Origin: Rhynchopus sp. YZ270_cl-10
Taxonomy: Eukaryota
Direction: 5' to 3'
Length of the DNA stretch: 64,000 nucleotides
Assembly: GCA_964035575.1 (NCBI GenBank)
Contig: OZ037845.1
Coordinates: forward strand, 372,001-436,000
Part shown: positions 12,992 to 23,384 of the stretch, piece after piece
Layout of the letters: every line of letters begins with the position of its first letter
How positions within the stretch are numbered: position 1 is the first letter of the stretch
Translations under genes and position numbers: made by a program
Notes under the pieces: model-generated
The model's input: the letters and a program-made list of their open reading frames with translations, nothing else
Told to the model about the DNA's origin: nothing
Database searches by the model: none

Positions 12992-14358
12992 CCCTTTAGA
13001 CCCGAAGCCAGATTTTCGACCCACTTTTGAGTTTTGGTTTTGGGGGCTCTCCAACCGGTAAAGGGATCCCAGATGCAAATTTTTAATCGTACCTGGCCGC
13101 AATTGAAAGATTTTGAACACGGCTTTCAATTCCATTATTTTAAGTTTTTTTTCGCAAAAAAATGTTTTACTCAAAATGAGGTACGCATAAAATCCATCTT
13201 TTGGTTTTTTACTGATCCTTCCGGCAAAAAAAATCACCGTAAATTATTGCTGTCCGAAAATGGCGTTATTTGAAAGATTGGCCACAAAATCTTTTCAAAG
13301 AAAAAAAAATCGAGCAAAAAGTCCTAGTAGAATCCAACTTAGATGAGTGTAGCTCTGTTAGCAGCATGTTTAAAAATCGATTTCCCTAACGATTTACACT
13401 GAAACACCACTACACACGTAAAAAGGCGATTTTTTTCACGTTTTTGGGCATCTACAGGTCCGAAACACCCCCAGAATGGGTCAGAACTACCCTGTGTGCC
13501 GAAAATTCACAAAAAAAGCACCCTAAAATGCGAAAAAATAGTGAAAACCCGGCTTCTAACGTATTTTGGGTGGTAATAAGGCAAAGAATAGTCAGAAAAA
13601 CAGTGATTTTGGTGGTGGTTCTCACGGACTTCCAAAGTGCACTCAGATGCACAAAAGTTTTCGATTCTTGCTTCTTTTGACAGATTTGACATCAAATCTT
13701 TCCAAAAATGCAAAAATCTTTTCACGAAAGTGAGTAGACCCCTACTTATCAACCCTACTAGCCTTACGACCTTGGCAACGTACAACCCGTGATTTTGGTG
13801 GTAAAATCACACCAAAATCCGAGGATATCACAGATGCATAAAAGTATTCGATTTTGGCGTATTTTGAAAGATATGAACGAAATCTTTCCACACAAAAAAG
13901 TGTTTTCACGAAAACGACTAGAAAAATTCTTATCACATGGCGGCTCTGAAAAGTGACTTTTCCCCGTACTTTTTCATGTTCCCCGGCATCCAAGGAAAAC
14001 CCAGATGCATAAAAGTGTTATTAGATGGCGTATTTTGAAAGATCGGCTAAAAATCTTTCAAAATATAAAAAAATGTTTTTCTGAAAATGAGTAGAACCCC
14101 AGTAATAGCCTAGTGGCATTAGGAGGGTTATTTTAGGGGGTGTGGGTCAAAAAACATGATTTTCCGTGGCAGCTCCGCCTTCCCCCCAGCATCCAAAAAA
14201 ATATCAGATGAACAAAACTTTTCGATTCTTGCTTCTTTTGAAAGATCGGCGCAAAATCTTTCAAAATATAAAAAATGTTTTCCCCGTTTTGAGTAGAACA
14301 CTCCTAATTGTATGGCGCCATTCGGGTGGCCATATATGGGTATCTCGGGTCTAAAGGG
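12992..14358. mobile_element. Non-autonomous piggyBac-type element (1367 bp) with internal ~170-200-bp degenerate tandem repeats
   Basis: TTAA|CCCTTTAGACCCGA...TCGGGTCTAAAGGG|TTAA; internal unit CAGATGCA.AAAAGT.TTCGATT...TTTTGAAAGAT at ~13645, 13830, 14002 and 14204; no transposase ORF. Confidence 0.9.
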
Positions 14359-15483
14359 TTAAAAATAAAATAACATAAAAATACGCAGTCGCGAATACAA
14401 AAAAAAGAGGTTTCTACGTCAAGATATACGGTACCTCCAAATATGTGGCGTCCAAAAAAAAAGGCGACAAAATTTTGCAAAATAAATCCGCAAATAAATA
14501 TGCCGAACTTATTTTGTATGTCAAGTTTTCTTGGAGCAATGTATACAGTAAAAAAAAGACGAGATTATTTCCCCATATCAAAAAAAAAAAAAAAAAAAAA
14601 CACATTCAAAAAACAAAAAAACAAAAATAGTCACAACACTTCCCCTCTTGTAGGAAGAGAAAAAAAATAGTAACTCTGATAGGCACAGTAAAAGGGAAAA
14701 TTTTCTGTTAATTGCTCAATTACCCTGTTGGAGGGGTGATTGTCGACCGTATCAGGAACTATTTCTCCTTTGAGCTTTAACTTAACGCTTGTAGGTATAA
14801 AAGTATGACCAAAAAAACACACACCAGCTTACGTCACTTCAAACATACGCTGGTGAAAAAAGAATATTTTAAAAAAGAGAAGTTGAAAGTGCAAATGCCT
14901 CACCGTTCATCGGCGGACGCAGGCACTGCAAATAGCTCCACATTTTTTTTTTTTTTCATTTTTTTCCAAAACAAAGAAGAGAAAGCACAAGGAAGTTCCC
15001 TGAAGAGACATCCAATATTTTTTTTTAGAATTAAACTTCCCTGGATTTTTTTGTTTTGAAAATTCCGGGTACGGAAAATCCCTACAGTAGGGACAAAGAA
15101 TTGATTCACAATTATTTTTTAAAAAAAATGCAAAAAAGGCAAAAGACAAAATAAACCGTAAACTCATGGGGAATGTGACATGCATGATCTCGACACCCTC
15201 TCTCTCATGCTTTACTCATCAAAAGTATTTCAACATTTGCAATCAATAAATTGATAGCGGAGGAGGAGGGAGCAACAAAAAATGTTCCCTCTTTCTTTTT
15301 CATCAAAAGGAAAAACTGTAGTTGCATGCAGGCACCTCCGACTGACCCACAATACCAGCCCCAATATTAATTCGGACATCAAAAACGAATGTCCAGTGGG
15401 TCAAAGAAGAGAGCAGTCGAAATGTACCTAAAACGCAGAACGGTCGTACTCATGTAAAGGATGGGGTGGGACATGAGTGCATG

Positions 15484-15579
15484 ACCGTGAAGTAAACGAC
15501 ATGATTTTTTACTTCACTTTACATGTAAAACACATGTCATTTTTGTAAAGGGCACATGTCATGTCATTTACTTCACCGT
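15484..15579. repeat. Small palindromic/MITE-like element
   Basis: ACCGTGAAGTAAACGACATGA is inverted to TCATGTCATTTACTTCACCGT; internal ACATGT palindromes. Confidence 0.5.
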
Positions 15580-17341
15580 CGCGCAAAAAAGGAAGCTTGC
15601 GGAGGAGGGGGTGGGAGGACAAAAAAAAAAAAACACTCTGATGCTATACGCGGCTCTTTTGAGAGAGTTTGTTTTATTCCCTTTTTTTTTGAGCACCATG
15701 AATGCTTTTTTCTTTCGCAATCAGTATACCCTATCTTTACGGGATGAAGAGGAGTAAGGAACACACTACACAACTTTCTGATTGCAAGATACTCAAGACA
15801 ACACGGAAAGGGTATCTCCCTTTTAGAGGCAGTAAAAAAAAAAAGAGAAAAAAATTGGAAGATTGGCATCGCTTCTTTTTGCTTAACCTCTATGAATGGC
15901 TAAGAGGGAAAGAAAGTGGAGTTGCAAAACGTGTTTGGGACACAAGCAGGGTACTTTTTTTTTTGCAACCTGGTTGTATTAGTGCAGACACCCCGAGGAT
16001 GAACTCCACTATATTTTGTTGGTATTAGTCCGGTATGCTGTAGGATTTTTCGGAAAGAAAAAAAATAGTAGGATCGGTAGAAGCAGGGTTGTTTCATTGA
16101 TTGCAAAAAAACACACGGTGCTGTTAAGATCTTTGAGCAAGAAGGAAAGCTTGATGAATGTGCCTCTCGTGCACACACATCTTGAAACGGCGGCAAAAAT
16201 GAGTATATAGGCTGTGTCTACGGACATCAAAAAAGTAAGCAGAGAAAGAGAAAGGTTGTACGATGAAAGGGAATTTTTTTAAAAAAGTGAAGTAGAACTT
16301 AGAGATGCATCATGGGGGGAGCAGACTTCACTTAAAGCAAATTTTTTTTTACTTAAAAAAATCGTTTTCGCTTCGTTGAATAGCGCAACAGGAGGCGTTG
16401 TGTGTGCGATGATTTCTGTTTTTTTTTTTTTTTTCTCTCTTTTTTTTTTGATTTGAGTTTAGAAAAATGGAGTTATGTCAACTCCAAAAATACCTACAAT
16501 TTTATCTAAAAAGTTTAGAAGATGAACCTAAGCTTCGCTTAGTCAGATCGGTCGCTGTCGCACAGTCTCAACCGTATGGAATTGGTTTCATATCAGAAAA
16601 AGGTGGTAAAATGAACATAATTGTTGTCGTCACAAAAAAAATGATAAATCGATCCTGCGTATATCCAAGAACGTTCGTGAATATTGTTTTAAATTGTGTG
16701 TCGTTTGAGGATTCGAAAACAGCTTGGTGGACTATTCTTCCATGAGCAAAGGGAAAAATAAAAAAACAGCATTTTCAACATAAGGGATCAATAAAAAAAA
16801 TGGTCCCATCTTTCTGTGGTATGTTTTGCAAAGCGTAAAAAAAGGGGAACAAATTGAATAAAAATGCGCAGAGATTAAATCGCTTTTTTGCCATATGTGT
16901 AACTTACTTTGCTCTTCTTGACCCCGGGAAATACCAAATAATTGAGCTAGATTCCCAACATAACACAGAGCCGTACATTACATCCGCCATGGCATAACAT
17001 ACTCCCTCTCTTCGAACACAGTCGAAAACAAAGGTAGGGTTATAAAAGCAGATACACCCAAGAATATTTTGAGTTGCATCACATCATCTGACTTTTGTGA
17101 CATTTTTTTTTTGCAAATTTCTTCGCATAGTACTGTCAATAAAAGGTTGACTGAAAATACAACAGCCCTCTCGTGACAGCATGCTCGAATAAAAAAAGAG
17201 AAGTTTATACGATGAACTCTTGCACTCTCGCGCTTAAAGCCACCTTAAAACAATACAGCCTTTCTATACACAGATCAGACACAATGGTTAATTTATGGTT
17301 CAAAATCACCTTTTTTTTTCCTTTGATATTTTGTTGGATTA

Positions 17342-17440
17342 CCACCTGATTTTTATAGGCGCGTAAAGGCCCGTATAGGCCAAACCCCACCCATTTTTCC
17401 CAGCCTTTACGCACCTATACGCGGAGTAAAAATCGGGTGG
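17342..17440. repeat. Small foldback/MITE-like element
   Basis: Outer IR CCACCTGATTTTTA / TAAAAATCGGGTGG; inner IR TATAGGCGCGTAAAGGC / GCCTTTACGCACCTATA. Confidence 0.55.
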
Positions 17441-17756
17441 GATTAGTGTAAGCTGCCATTACACGACAGTCTTTTCACTGCAGAAACATTGGCAAATTCC
17501 ATTAACTCCCCAGAAAGATACCTCCGCAAAAAAAAAAAAATCCTTGGAAAGAGAGACAAAAAAATAAAAAAAAATTGACTTGAAAAAAAATACAGAGCCC
17601 CTTTTGTGACTGTGTACATGATAAAATATGGTGGTTTCTTTTTTTCTTCTTTCTTTCATTCATTCTTTCATCTTTTTAAAAGGAACAATGCAAAAAACCA
17701 TCCCTCAAAATCCACATCAAATACCCCCCATCCAACCTCATCCACATTCTTCGTTT

Positions 17757-20700
17757 TTACCTACCAATAGAAACGATGACTGTATCTGGTACTCTTCCGC
17801 CAAAGAGACAGCCTTTATGGAGGATTGAGAGGGATTCGCTGCCAACTGGGTAGACTGAACCTGCTATAGATATTTCTAATGTTGGGCGGGAGATGAGCGA
17901 GGTGAGGACACCACACATCCAGCTGCCTAGCGTCGCACCACGGGGGCTGACTGCAAGACAACGCTCAAGGGTGGCGGCGATTGTTGTAACATCGCGACCA
18001 CCCCCTGAAGTCAATCCCGCGCTTGCCTCTGGGGACATATCAGGTTTGAACAGTGTTTGCAGTACTTTTTCTATGCCTTCGACAGTGTCTTCCTTGATTT
18101 GTTGTAACTCGTACATCCATTCTTTTGAGGTTTCTGCAGTGGCCTTTGCTTCGAGGACAACTTCGGTTTGAATTGGGTGGTCCCTCCCGGCACAGCCGAC
18201 GACATCCAAAAACGGAGCGTGAATGAAAAATGAGGAAAGCGATTTGAAGCTCTGCAACGTTGTCGCGGAGACGACAACCGGCGCGCCGCATGCCTGCGCC
18301 ACCCTCGCTAGCGCATCTGCATCTTGGATAACCCCACCTAAAATTTGAAACGTCCTCCCCGCGGCCGGTCCAAGCAGACACACATTCGACATCGCAGAAC
18401 TCACACCACAGTGGTATCCTTCCGTCCCTAGAGACGATGCCACTTTTAATGCTTTAAAAATCGCGGCAGAAAAGGGGATACTTCCAACCGCCCCCCAGGT
18501 TGCAGTAAACCCCCCTTCTGTTACACGGTGTACACAACCGCGCATCGCTTCAACCTCTCTGTAGCAGTGCGCCAGCATTTCAGAGTGCATCCCTGCGCCT
18601 CCGTCGTACGTCGTGAGGGTCTCTTGGGAGAGGTGGGAGCGGACAACCAGAGCGACAACCTTGCGGTAACCATTCATTTCATTGCTAAGATCGAGCGGCG
18701 GGTGGGCGTGGGTGTATACTGTCGAGGAAAAATGCGTTGTAGATCCAGTCTCTGAGCGGTGGCCACCTTCCTCACATTCTACATACTGCCCAGGCAGGGT
18801 AGGGGTTGGGTGCGACACTGTCCCATCCCGCGACGAACCGTTTGAGTGTGACCTCACCCGCTTCTTCCTCCTCGCGCGCAGCTTCTGCACTTCATATACT
18901 GTCGGGTCTTCTGCGGCGAAGTCTGGTAGCATATCGTCCCCTTCATCGACCCCTTTCCTCTCTGTGAGTGCCTGCAGCACTGCAGAAGGGAGATACGGTT
19001 TGAAGGAAGACAGGTTTTTGAGGAGGTCGCGAAACGCAAGAATGAGGGATTGGGGGAGACCGGAGTCGCTTCGCATTTCTGCGGTGCAAAGAAGCCGTTC
19101 CGCTTCGTCAGTGTCGAGCTCTACGAGCGCTGCAGCGATGTCCTCCGCAAGCTGGATGTATTCCCGCACATCTTCCCCTTCCACATATCCAACGAAAAAC
19201 TGCTTCATTTGCTGCATTGCCGACGTCGAATGCGCGATGGTGAAAAACGCTGTCGTCGCATCACGCCCCAACGCATTCTCAATAGTGGCCACTCCACCAG
19301 GATGCCTCGCAGGGAAACTGCCCAGGTCATAGACCTTCCCTTCCAGGATAAGCCATGGGTCACGCAGGGTATTATGCGAAGCAACCTCCTGCAGAGAGTA
19401 GTACGGTGTATCAGGGGTGCAGCATTTCACCTTGTTGAGGGTGACCTCGCGGAGTACAGCGCTGCTTCGGCGTTTTGCGGCTTCAAGAACAACAACCAAA
19501 ATAGTTCCGGTAATGATAACAACATAAAAAAGAACGGTAACCTCAACACAATCAGATGCAGTCCGTTGAAGTGCTTTCATTCCGGTAGAGCATTGTATGG
19601 CAATGCAAATTAGGGTTGACAATCCACAAAATCTGTGGATAATTCCTCCTAATTTTGAGGCCCGTCCGACCCGAAGGATGCCAAGGATAATGGTAATACA
19701 CATTACCGCGAGGGTGATGTAGCCGGAGACTCTGTGGCCGGTTTTGTCAGCTTCGGCGCCGTGCGATGAGAGATCCTTTGCTGCGATGGTGATGCCTGCT
19801 GCCATGAAGGAAGTTCCTAAGAGCACGAATAGAATATGACACACAAACCCTGGACCATACGGGTACACAGAAGAGTTGGAAATGCGGAACACCGGCTTTG
19901 CGTAACGCTTTGCCAGCACCGCTAGCACAAAGCACGCCAACGCCACCACCATCAACACCGCATGCCGACGACGGTAGTCCTGCACTGCGCTCGCCTCCTC
20001 CGCATTTCCATCAATCAGGTTGATTGTCAGCCCCTTCGATTGTGTCGGAAGATGCTTCTGCAGAGACGTCGACACCAAATCTCTTGCAACAATAACAGGC
20101 AAACGGTGTGCATCAAATAAACCCGTCAAATTCATTTTCAACCGCACAATACGGTTTCCATTGGATTCTTCGAAGAAGAGGGGTCCTAGAAGAGCACCAC
20201 CTACCTCTGGAAGCGGAACCACCTCAGACATGGTGCGTCCGGTGATCATGTAGGCAGAGGTTCCTCCGTCGTGGGTGATGACAGCGTTGTTTGCAGGGGT
20301 CATTGTGTTCGGGTTTTCTGGGAAGGCGATTCCCAACCACCCGAGACCTACCGCATCAACCAATGCTATGTCGACCACCCCAGTGGTGCTTTCGTGTGTC
20401 CAATGAATGGACAGACCTGATAATCCTGTAGGCACCTCGCAGTTGTAGGTTTGGTGGTGGTCTCTCATAATGTTAGAAGGGTTGCAAAGGAAATGGGTGC
20501 GGTTTTTATCAGTGAAGGGGCAGTTGGAGTCCTCTGCTGAATATTGTGGAAGCCCGTTTTGGACTAATTCTGCCCAAGATTTGGTGTAGACCTCGAGAAA
20601 TGCGGTGTTGTTTTGTGCAAAGGTTTCTACCACAGCTTTGGTCTGCGCATTGTAGAGCATAGCGATATCTGACGCAAGCAGCATTAACGCTCCAGAGGAA

Positions 20701-21506
20701 AACACCACGTCACCATTTGACTCGTTTTCGTACCGCGTCCACGGCAGTTCCACCAAATTCCGGTAGTATTCGTTGTCGAACACATCGGGCGCTGCAGTAA
20801 ACCGCCCGGACGCTCCTGAGTTGTCATAATGCATGCCCCCTAGGGCATGACCTCCCATTGCCGCAACAAGCTTTTCGACAAACCCTTCCGAGTAGACCCC
20901 ATCCTCTGGGGTCGTATCCTCTGACGGAAAATACTTCGCAAATTTGAAGAAAATCGACTCCATGAGAGGCTCCATTGAGGCGGAGCTGTTGTCCGGGGCA
21001 ACAAACTTTGGGGGGAGGCGGTTAGGCGCGCAGCGTTCCTCTGCGGCAGCTTCATGAAAGTCACGGCGACCTGGTGTGAAGGGCAGTTCATTTGACCCAC
21101 GCTCTTCATGGATAATCGCCGCAACAATTTGTGTCATATCCGCAAAGCTGACAAATGGAAACCTCGCAACCAGCTTTGATACATAGAACAGCGCCTCTGA
21201 CAGCCCTGCATTGCTCGGATCGCTCCGTTCGGGGTCCATCCGGATGCATCCTCCGTTCGTTCCCCCAGAGGGTTTCACTGCTGAATTGAATGTCCCCGCG
21301 CTGTGCCACGCAAGCCGAACAAACGCTGCCGGCCCCACCACACCCCCTTCATGAAAATACCCATCCAACTCCGCCGTCACCCCCACTACCACCGGAGCAT
21401 ATTTCGCGATACATGCCACACGATGTGCCTCATTCGCTACCTCCTCACAGAGGAGCACCCCATGCGCAACGTTGATAAGCAGAAGCACTGTCGTCAAACG
21501 CAGCAT
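17757..21506 (-). CDS. Multidomain membrane protein: signal peptide + class I heme peroxidase (APX/CcP-like) + DOMON + cytochrome b561 + cytochrome b5 + degenerate class III nucleotide cyclase-like domain
   Basis: Signal peptide MLRLTTVLLLINVAHG (ATG 21506). Peroxidase: FVRLAWHSAGTF, GGTNGGCIR, SFADM, FTPGRRD, MGGHALG, FDNEYY, LLASD. DOMON: LSIHW, GWLGIAF, Met in NTMTP, His in QKHL. b561 histidines: RRHAVLM, CHILF, GHRVSG, IHRFCG. b5: YSLQEVASHN..WLILEGKVYDL..HPGG..GRDAT..AHS. Cyclase-like: FKPYLP, FTATWG, HCGVSS, EWMYEL. Confidence 0.88.
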   Translation of the reverse strand: MLRLTTVLLLINVAHGVLLCEEVANEAHRVACIAKYAPVVVGVTAELDGYFHEGGVVGPAAFVRLAWHSAGTFNSAVKPSGGTNGGCIRMDPERSDPSNAGLSEALFYVSKLVARFPFVSFADMTQIVAAIIHEERGSNELPFTPGRRDFHEAAAEERCAPNRLPPKFVAPDNSSASMEPLMESIFFKFAKYFPSEDTTPEDGVYSEGFVEKLVAAMGGHALGGMHYDNSGASGRFTAAPDVFDNEYYRNLVELPWTRYENESNGDVVFSSGALMLLASDIAMLYNAQTKAVVETFAQNNTAFLEVYTKSWAELVQNGLPQYSAEDSNCPFTDKNRTHFLCNPSNIMRDHHQTYNCEVPTGLSGLSIHWTHESTTGVVDIALVDAVGLGWLGIAFPENPNTMTPANNAVITHDGGTSAYMITGRTMSEVVPLPEVGGALLGPLFFEESNGNRIVRLKMNLTGLFDAHRLPVIVARDLVSTSLQKHLPTQSKGLTINLIDGNAEEASAVQDYRRRHAVLMVVALACFVLAVLAKRYAKPVFRISNSSVYPYGPGFVCHILFVLLGTSFMAAGITIAAKDLSSHGAEADKTGHRVSGYITLAVMCITIILGILRVGRASKLGGIIHRFCGLSTLICIAIQCSTGMKALQRTASDCVEVTVLFYVVIITGTILVVVLEAAKRRSSAVLREVTLNKVKCCTPDTPYYSLQEVASHNTLRDPWLILEGKVYDLGSFPARHPGGVATIENALGRDATTAFFTIAHSTSAMQQMKQFFVGYVEGEDVREYIQLAEDIAAALVELDTDEAERLLCTAEMRSDSGLPQSLILAFRDLLKNLSSFKPYLPSAVLQALTERKGVDEGDDMLPDFAAEDPTVYEVQKLRARRKKRVRSHSNGSSRDGTVSHPTPTLPGQYVECEEGGHRSETGSTTHFSSTVYTHAHPPLDLSNEMNGYRKVVALVVRSHLSQETLTTYDGGAGMHSEMLAHCYREVEAMRGCVHRVTEGGFTATWGAVGSIPFSAAIFKALKVASSLGTEGYHCGVSSAMSNVCLLGPAAGRTFQILGGVIQDADALARVAQACGAPVVVSATTLQSFKSLSSFFIHAPFLDVVGCAGRDHPIQTEVVLEAKATAETSKEWMYELQQIKEDTVEGIEKVLQTLFKPDMSPEASAGLTSGGGRDVTTIAATLERCLAVSPRGATLGSWMCGVLTSLISRPTLEISIAGSVYPVGSESLSILHKGCLFGGRVPDTVIVSIGR

Positions 21507-21958
21507 CGCAAGAAGTTGTCGTCCCAAGCCTTAAGAGAAGAGAGGCCAGAAGGGGAGGGGAGCAAGAGGGGGAGGGCAGGGAAAAGGAGTACTACAGAGC
21601 CTACTGCATATACGAAGCGAATTGAGGGGGGTGTCAAAGGGGGTGTTCGTCAAAACAGACGAAACGGAGGGGGGAGAGAAGAAGATGTTCTGTGAGGGGG
21701 GTGGTGGTGGTGGTGGTGGATGATGTGCGGAGAAAAGATTATTTGGATATTTATTTCGAGGTAGGTGTATCTACAAAAGGGGTTTCTAAAGGAGGGTCCT
21801 TTCGTTGGTTCGTGTTCGGAAAAAATGCACTCGAATCCTTTGGACAAAATGTCAGAGCCAAAAGGCTGTAGGGTGTTATGTCTGTTGGCATAGTAAGAAA
21901 AGGGTGTGGGCATAAATCAGACAGAAGAGGCTATGATGGCATAGGGTGTAGTAGGCAA

Positions 21959-22029
21959 AAAATCTCGCAATACTTAGCGGCCCTCTCGAGGTTTAGGAAG
22001 GAAAGCCACGGAGGTATTTGAAGCTGCTT
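21959..22029 (+). repeat. 71-bp direct repeat, left copy (pairs with 31019-31089)
   Basis: AAAATCTCGCAATACTTAGCGGCCCTCTCGAGG...GGTATTTGAAGCTGCTT; one mismatch between copies 9060 bp apart. Confidence 0.92.
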
Positions 22030-22203
22030 GTGTGGGTACTGTTGTCAGTAGGAAATGTGCGTCAGTTAGAGTCGAATGCTTTGAGTGGGAGAGAGGATAA
22101 GGGTGAGGTGCAAATGGAAAATGAAAAGGATTCGTTTTCTTTTGAGCATGACTTCTTCCAAGAGAAGGAAAGTGTGCAATTAAACGGTATGTGTGGCAGG
22201 TAC

Positions 22204-22289
22204 ATGCAAGAAAAGAATAGAACGTTGAAAAAGGTGACGAAAGCCTCTCGTGCTCAGTCACTTTCAACAGACGTGTGTCATAAAAAGAA
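22204..22289 (+). repeat. ~86-bp direct repeat flanking the theta GST (pairs with 23661-23747)
   Basis: ATGCAAGAAAAGAATAGAACGTT...AAAGCCTCTCGTGCTCAGTCACTTTCAACAGACG...TCATAAAAAGAA on both sides of the gene. Confidence 0.88.
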
Positions 22290-22688
22290 GGAAACAGGTA
22301 AAATAACCCTATGTCGAGTTAGTAGCATCGGTTAGCAGGGTGGGGAGGGGGAACGTGACAGTGATTTTTACATTGGGTGTCAACATCACGTTACTTTCCT
22401 TTCCGTTCCCACTGCTGATGCGCGAAGCAAACAAACAAACAAACAAACAAACATAGACGAACGGACCACACTTGAGGGCCACGCAGGTCTGATCAGAAGA
22501 GTGAAAAAAAGGTGTGTGAAAACGAAGACAAAAGTGGAGTTAGGGCGGAGATAGAAAGAGAGAGACATCTCAACGAACAGTTAGGATGGCTCTCGAAAGA
22601 GAAGCGTGGGATAATGAAATCCCCAACAAGACAAGAAAAGAGAAATAAATTGAAATTGCAGTCTGACTGAGGCCACCCTTTTACCTTC

Positions 22689-23384
22689 CTACTTCTGGGC
22701 AGCAGCAGCCTTCTTGGCCTCAATAGCAGCCTTGATTCCTGCTGCATTCTTCAACCACTCACCAGACTTCTGGAAGTTTGCACTGTAGCCCTCAACAGAC
22801 TTCAACCGCTCAATGTAGGCAAGGATGGACGGGTATCCCTCCAGCAGGTTCTTCCCAATTTTCCCCTGCACAAGGAGGAGCTGGTCCACCTCAGGTGCGA
22901 ACAGGAAGTCCGCAATCGAGATGTCGTCCCCAGCCACGAAGTTCTGCTTCGAGAGGAGGGTGTCGTACAGCTGCAGGGTCGGGGTGACCTTCTCGATGCC
23001 TGCCTTGAGCAGGGCGGGGAACTCCTCGGCAGACGCAAAGAAGCAGTGGGTCACAACCTCGCCGCTGATCTTGCGCACTCTGGCCAGGTTCCGTGCCACA
23101 AACTGCATCACCTTCGCCTGCTGCTTCTTGTCCTTCGGCACAATGGCGTGTCCCTCAGCAAGGTACTGCAGGATCGCAGCACTCTCCTCCAAGAAGAAGT
23201 CGCCCTCCTCGTACGACGGGATCTGGCCGGCAGGGAACTTCGCAACGTAGTCGGGGTGCTTCTGCTCCCCCTTCAGCATCTCAACCGTGCGCAGCTCAAC
23301 ATCAGACTTCGCGTAGGCAGCAAACCACGAAACAGAGCGGCAAGGCTGCGAGAAGTCGTGCGAGTTCAGGATTCCGGTCGGCAT
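22689..23384 (-). CDS. Glutathione S-transferase, theta-like (catalytic Ser)
   Basis: SQPCRSV, FPAGQIP, LEESAAILQYL, FVAGDDISIAD; strong GC3 codon bias. Confidence 0.92.
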   Translation of the reverse strand: MPTGILNSHDFSQPCRSVSWFAAYAKSDVELRTVEMLKGEQKHPDYVAKFPAGQIPSYEEGDFFLEESAAILQYLAEGHAIVPKDKKQQAKVMQFVARNLARVRKISGEVVTHCFFASAEEFPALLKAGIEKVTPTLQLYDTLLSKQNFVAGDDISIADFLFAPEVDQLLLVQGKIGKNLLEGYPSILAYIERLKSVEGYSANFQKSGEWLKNAAGIKAAIEAKKAAAAQK

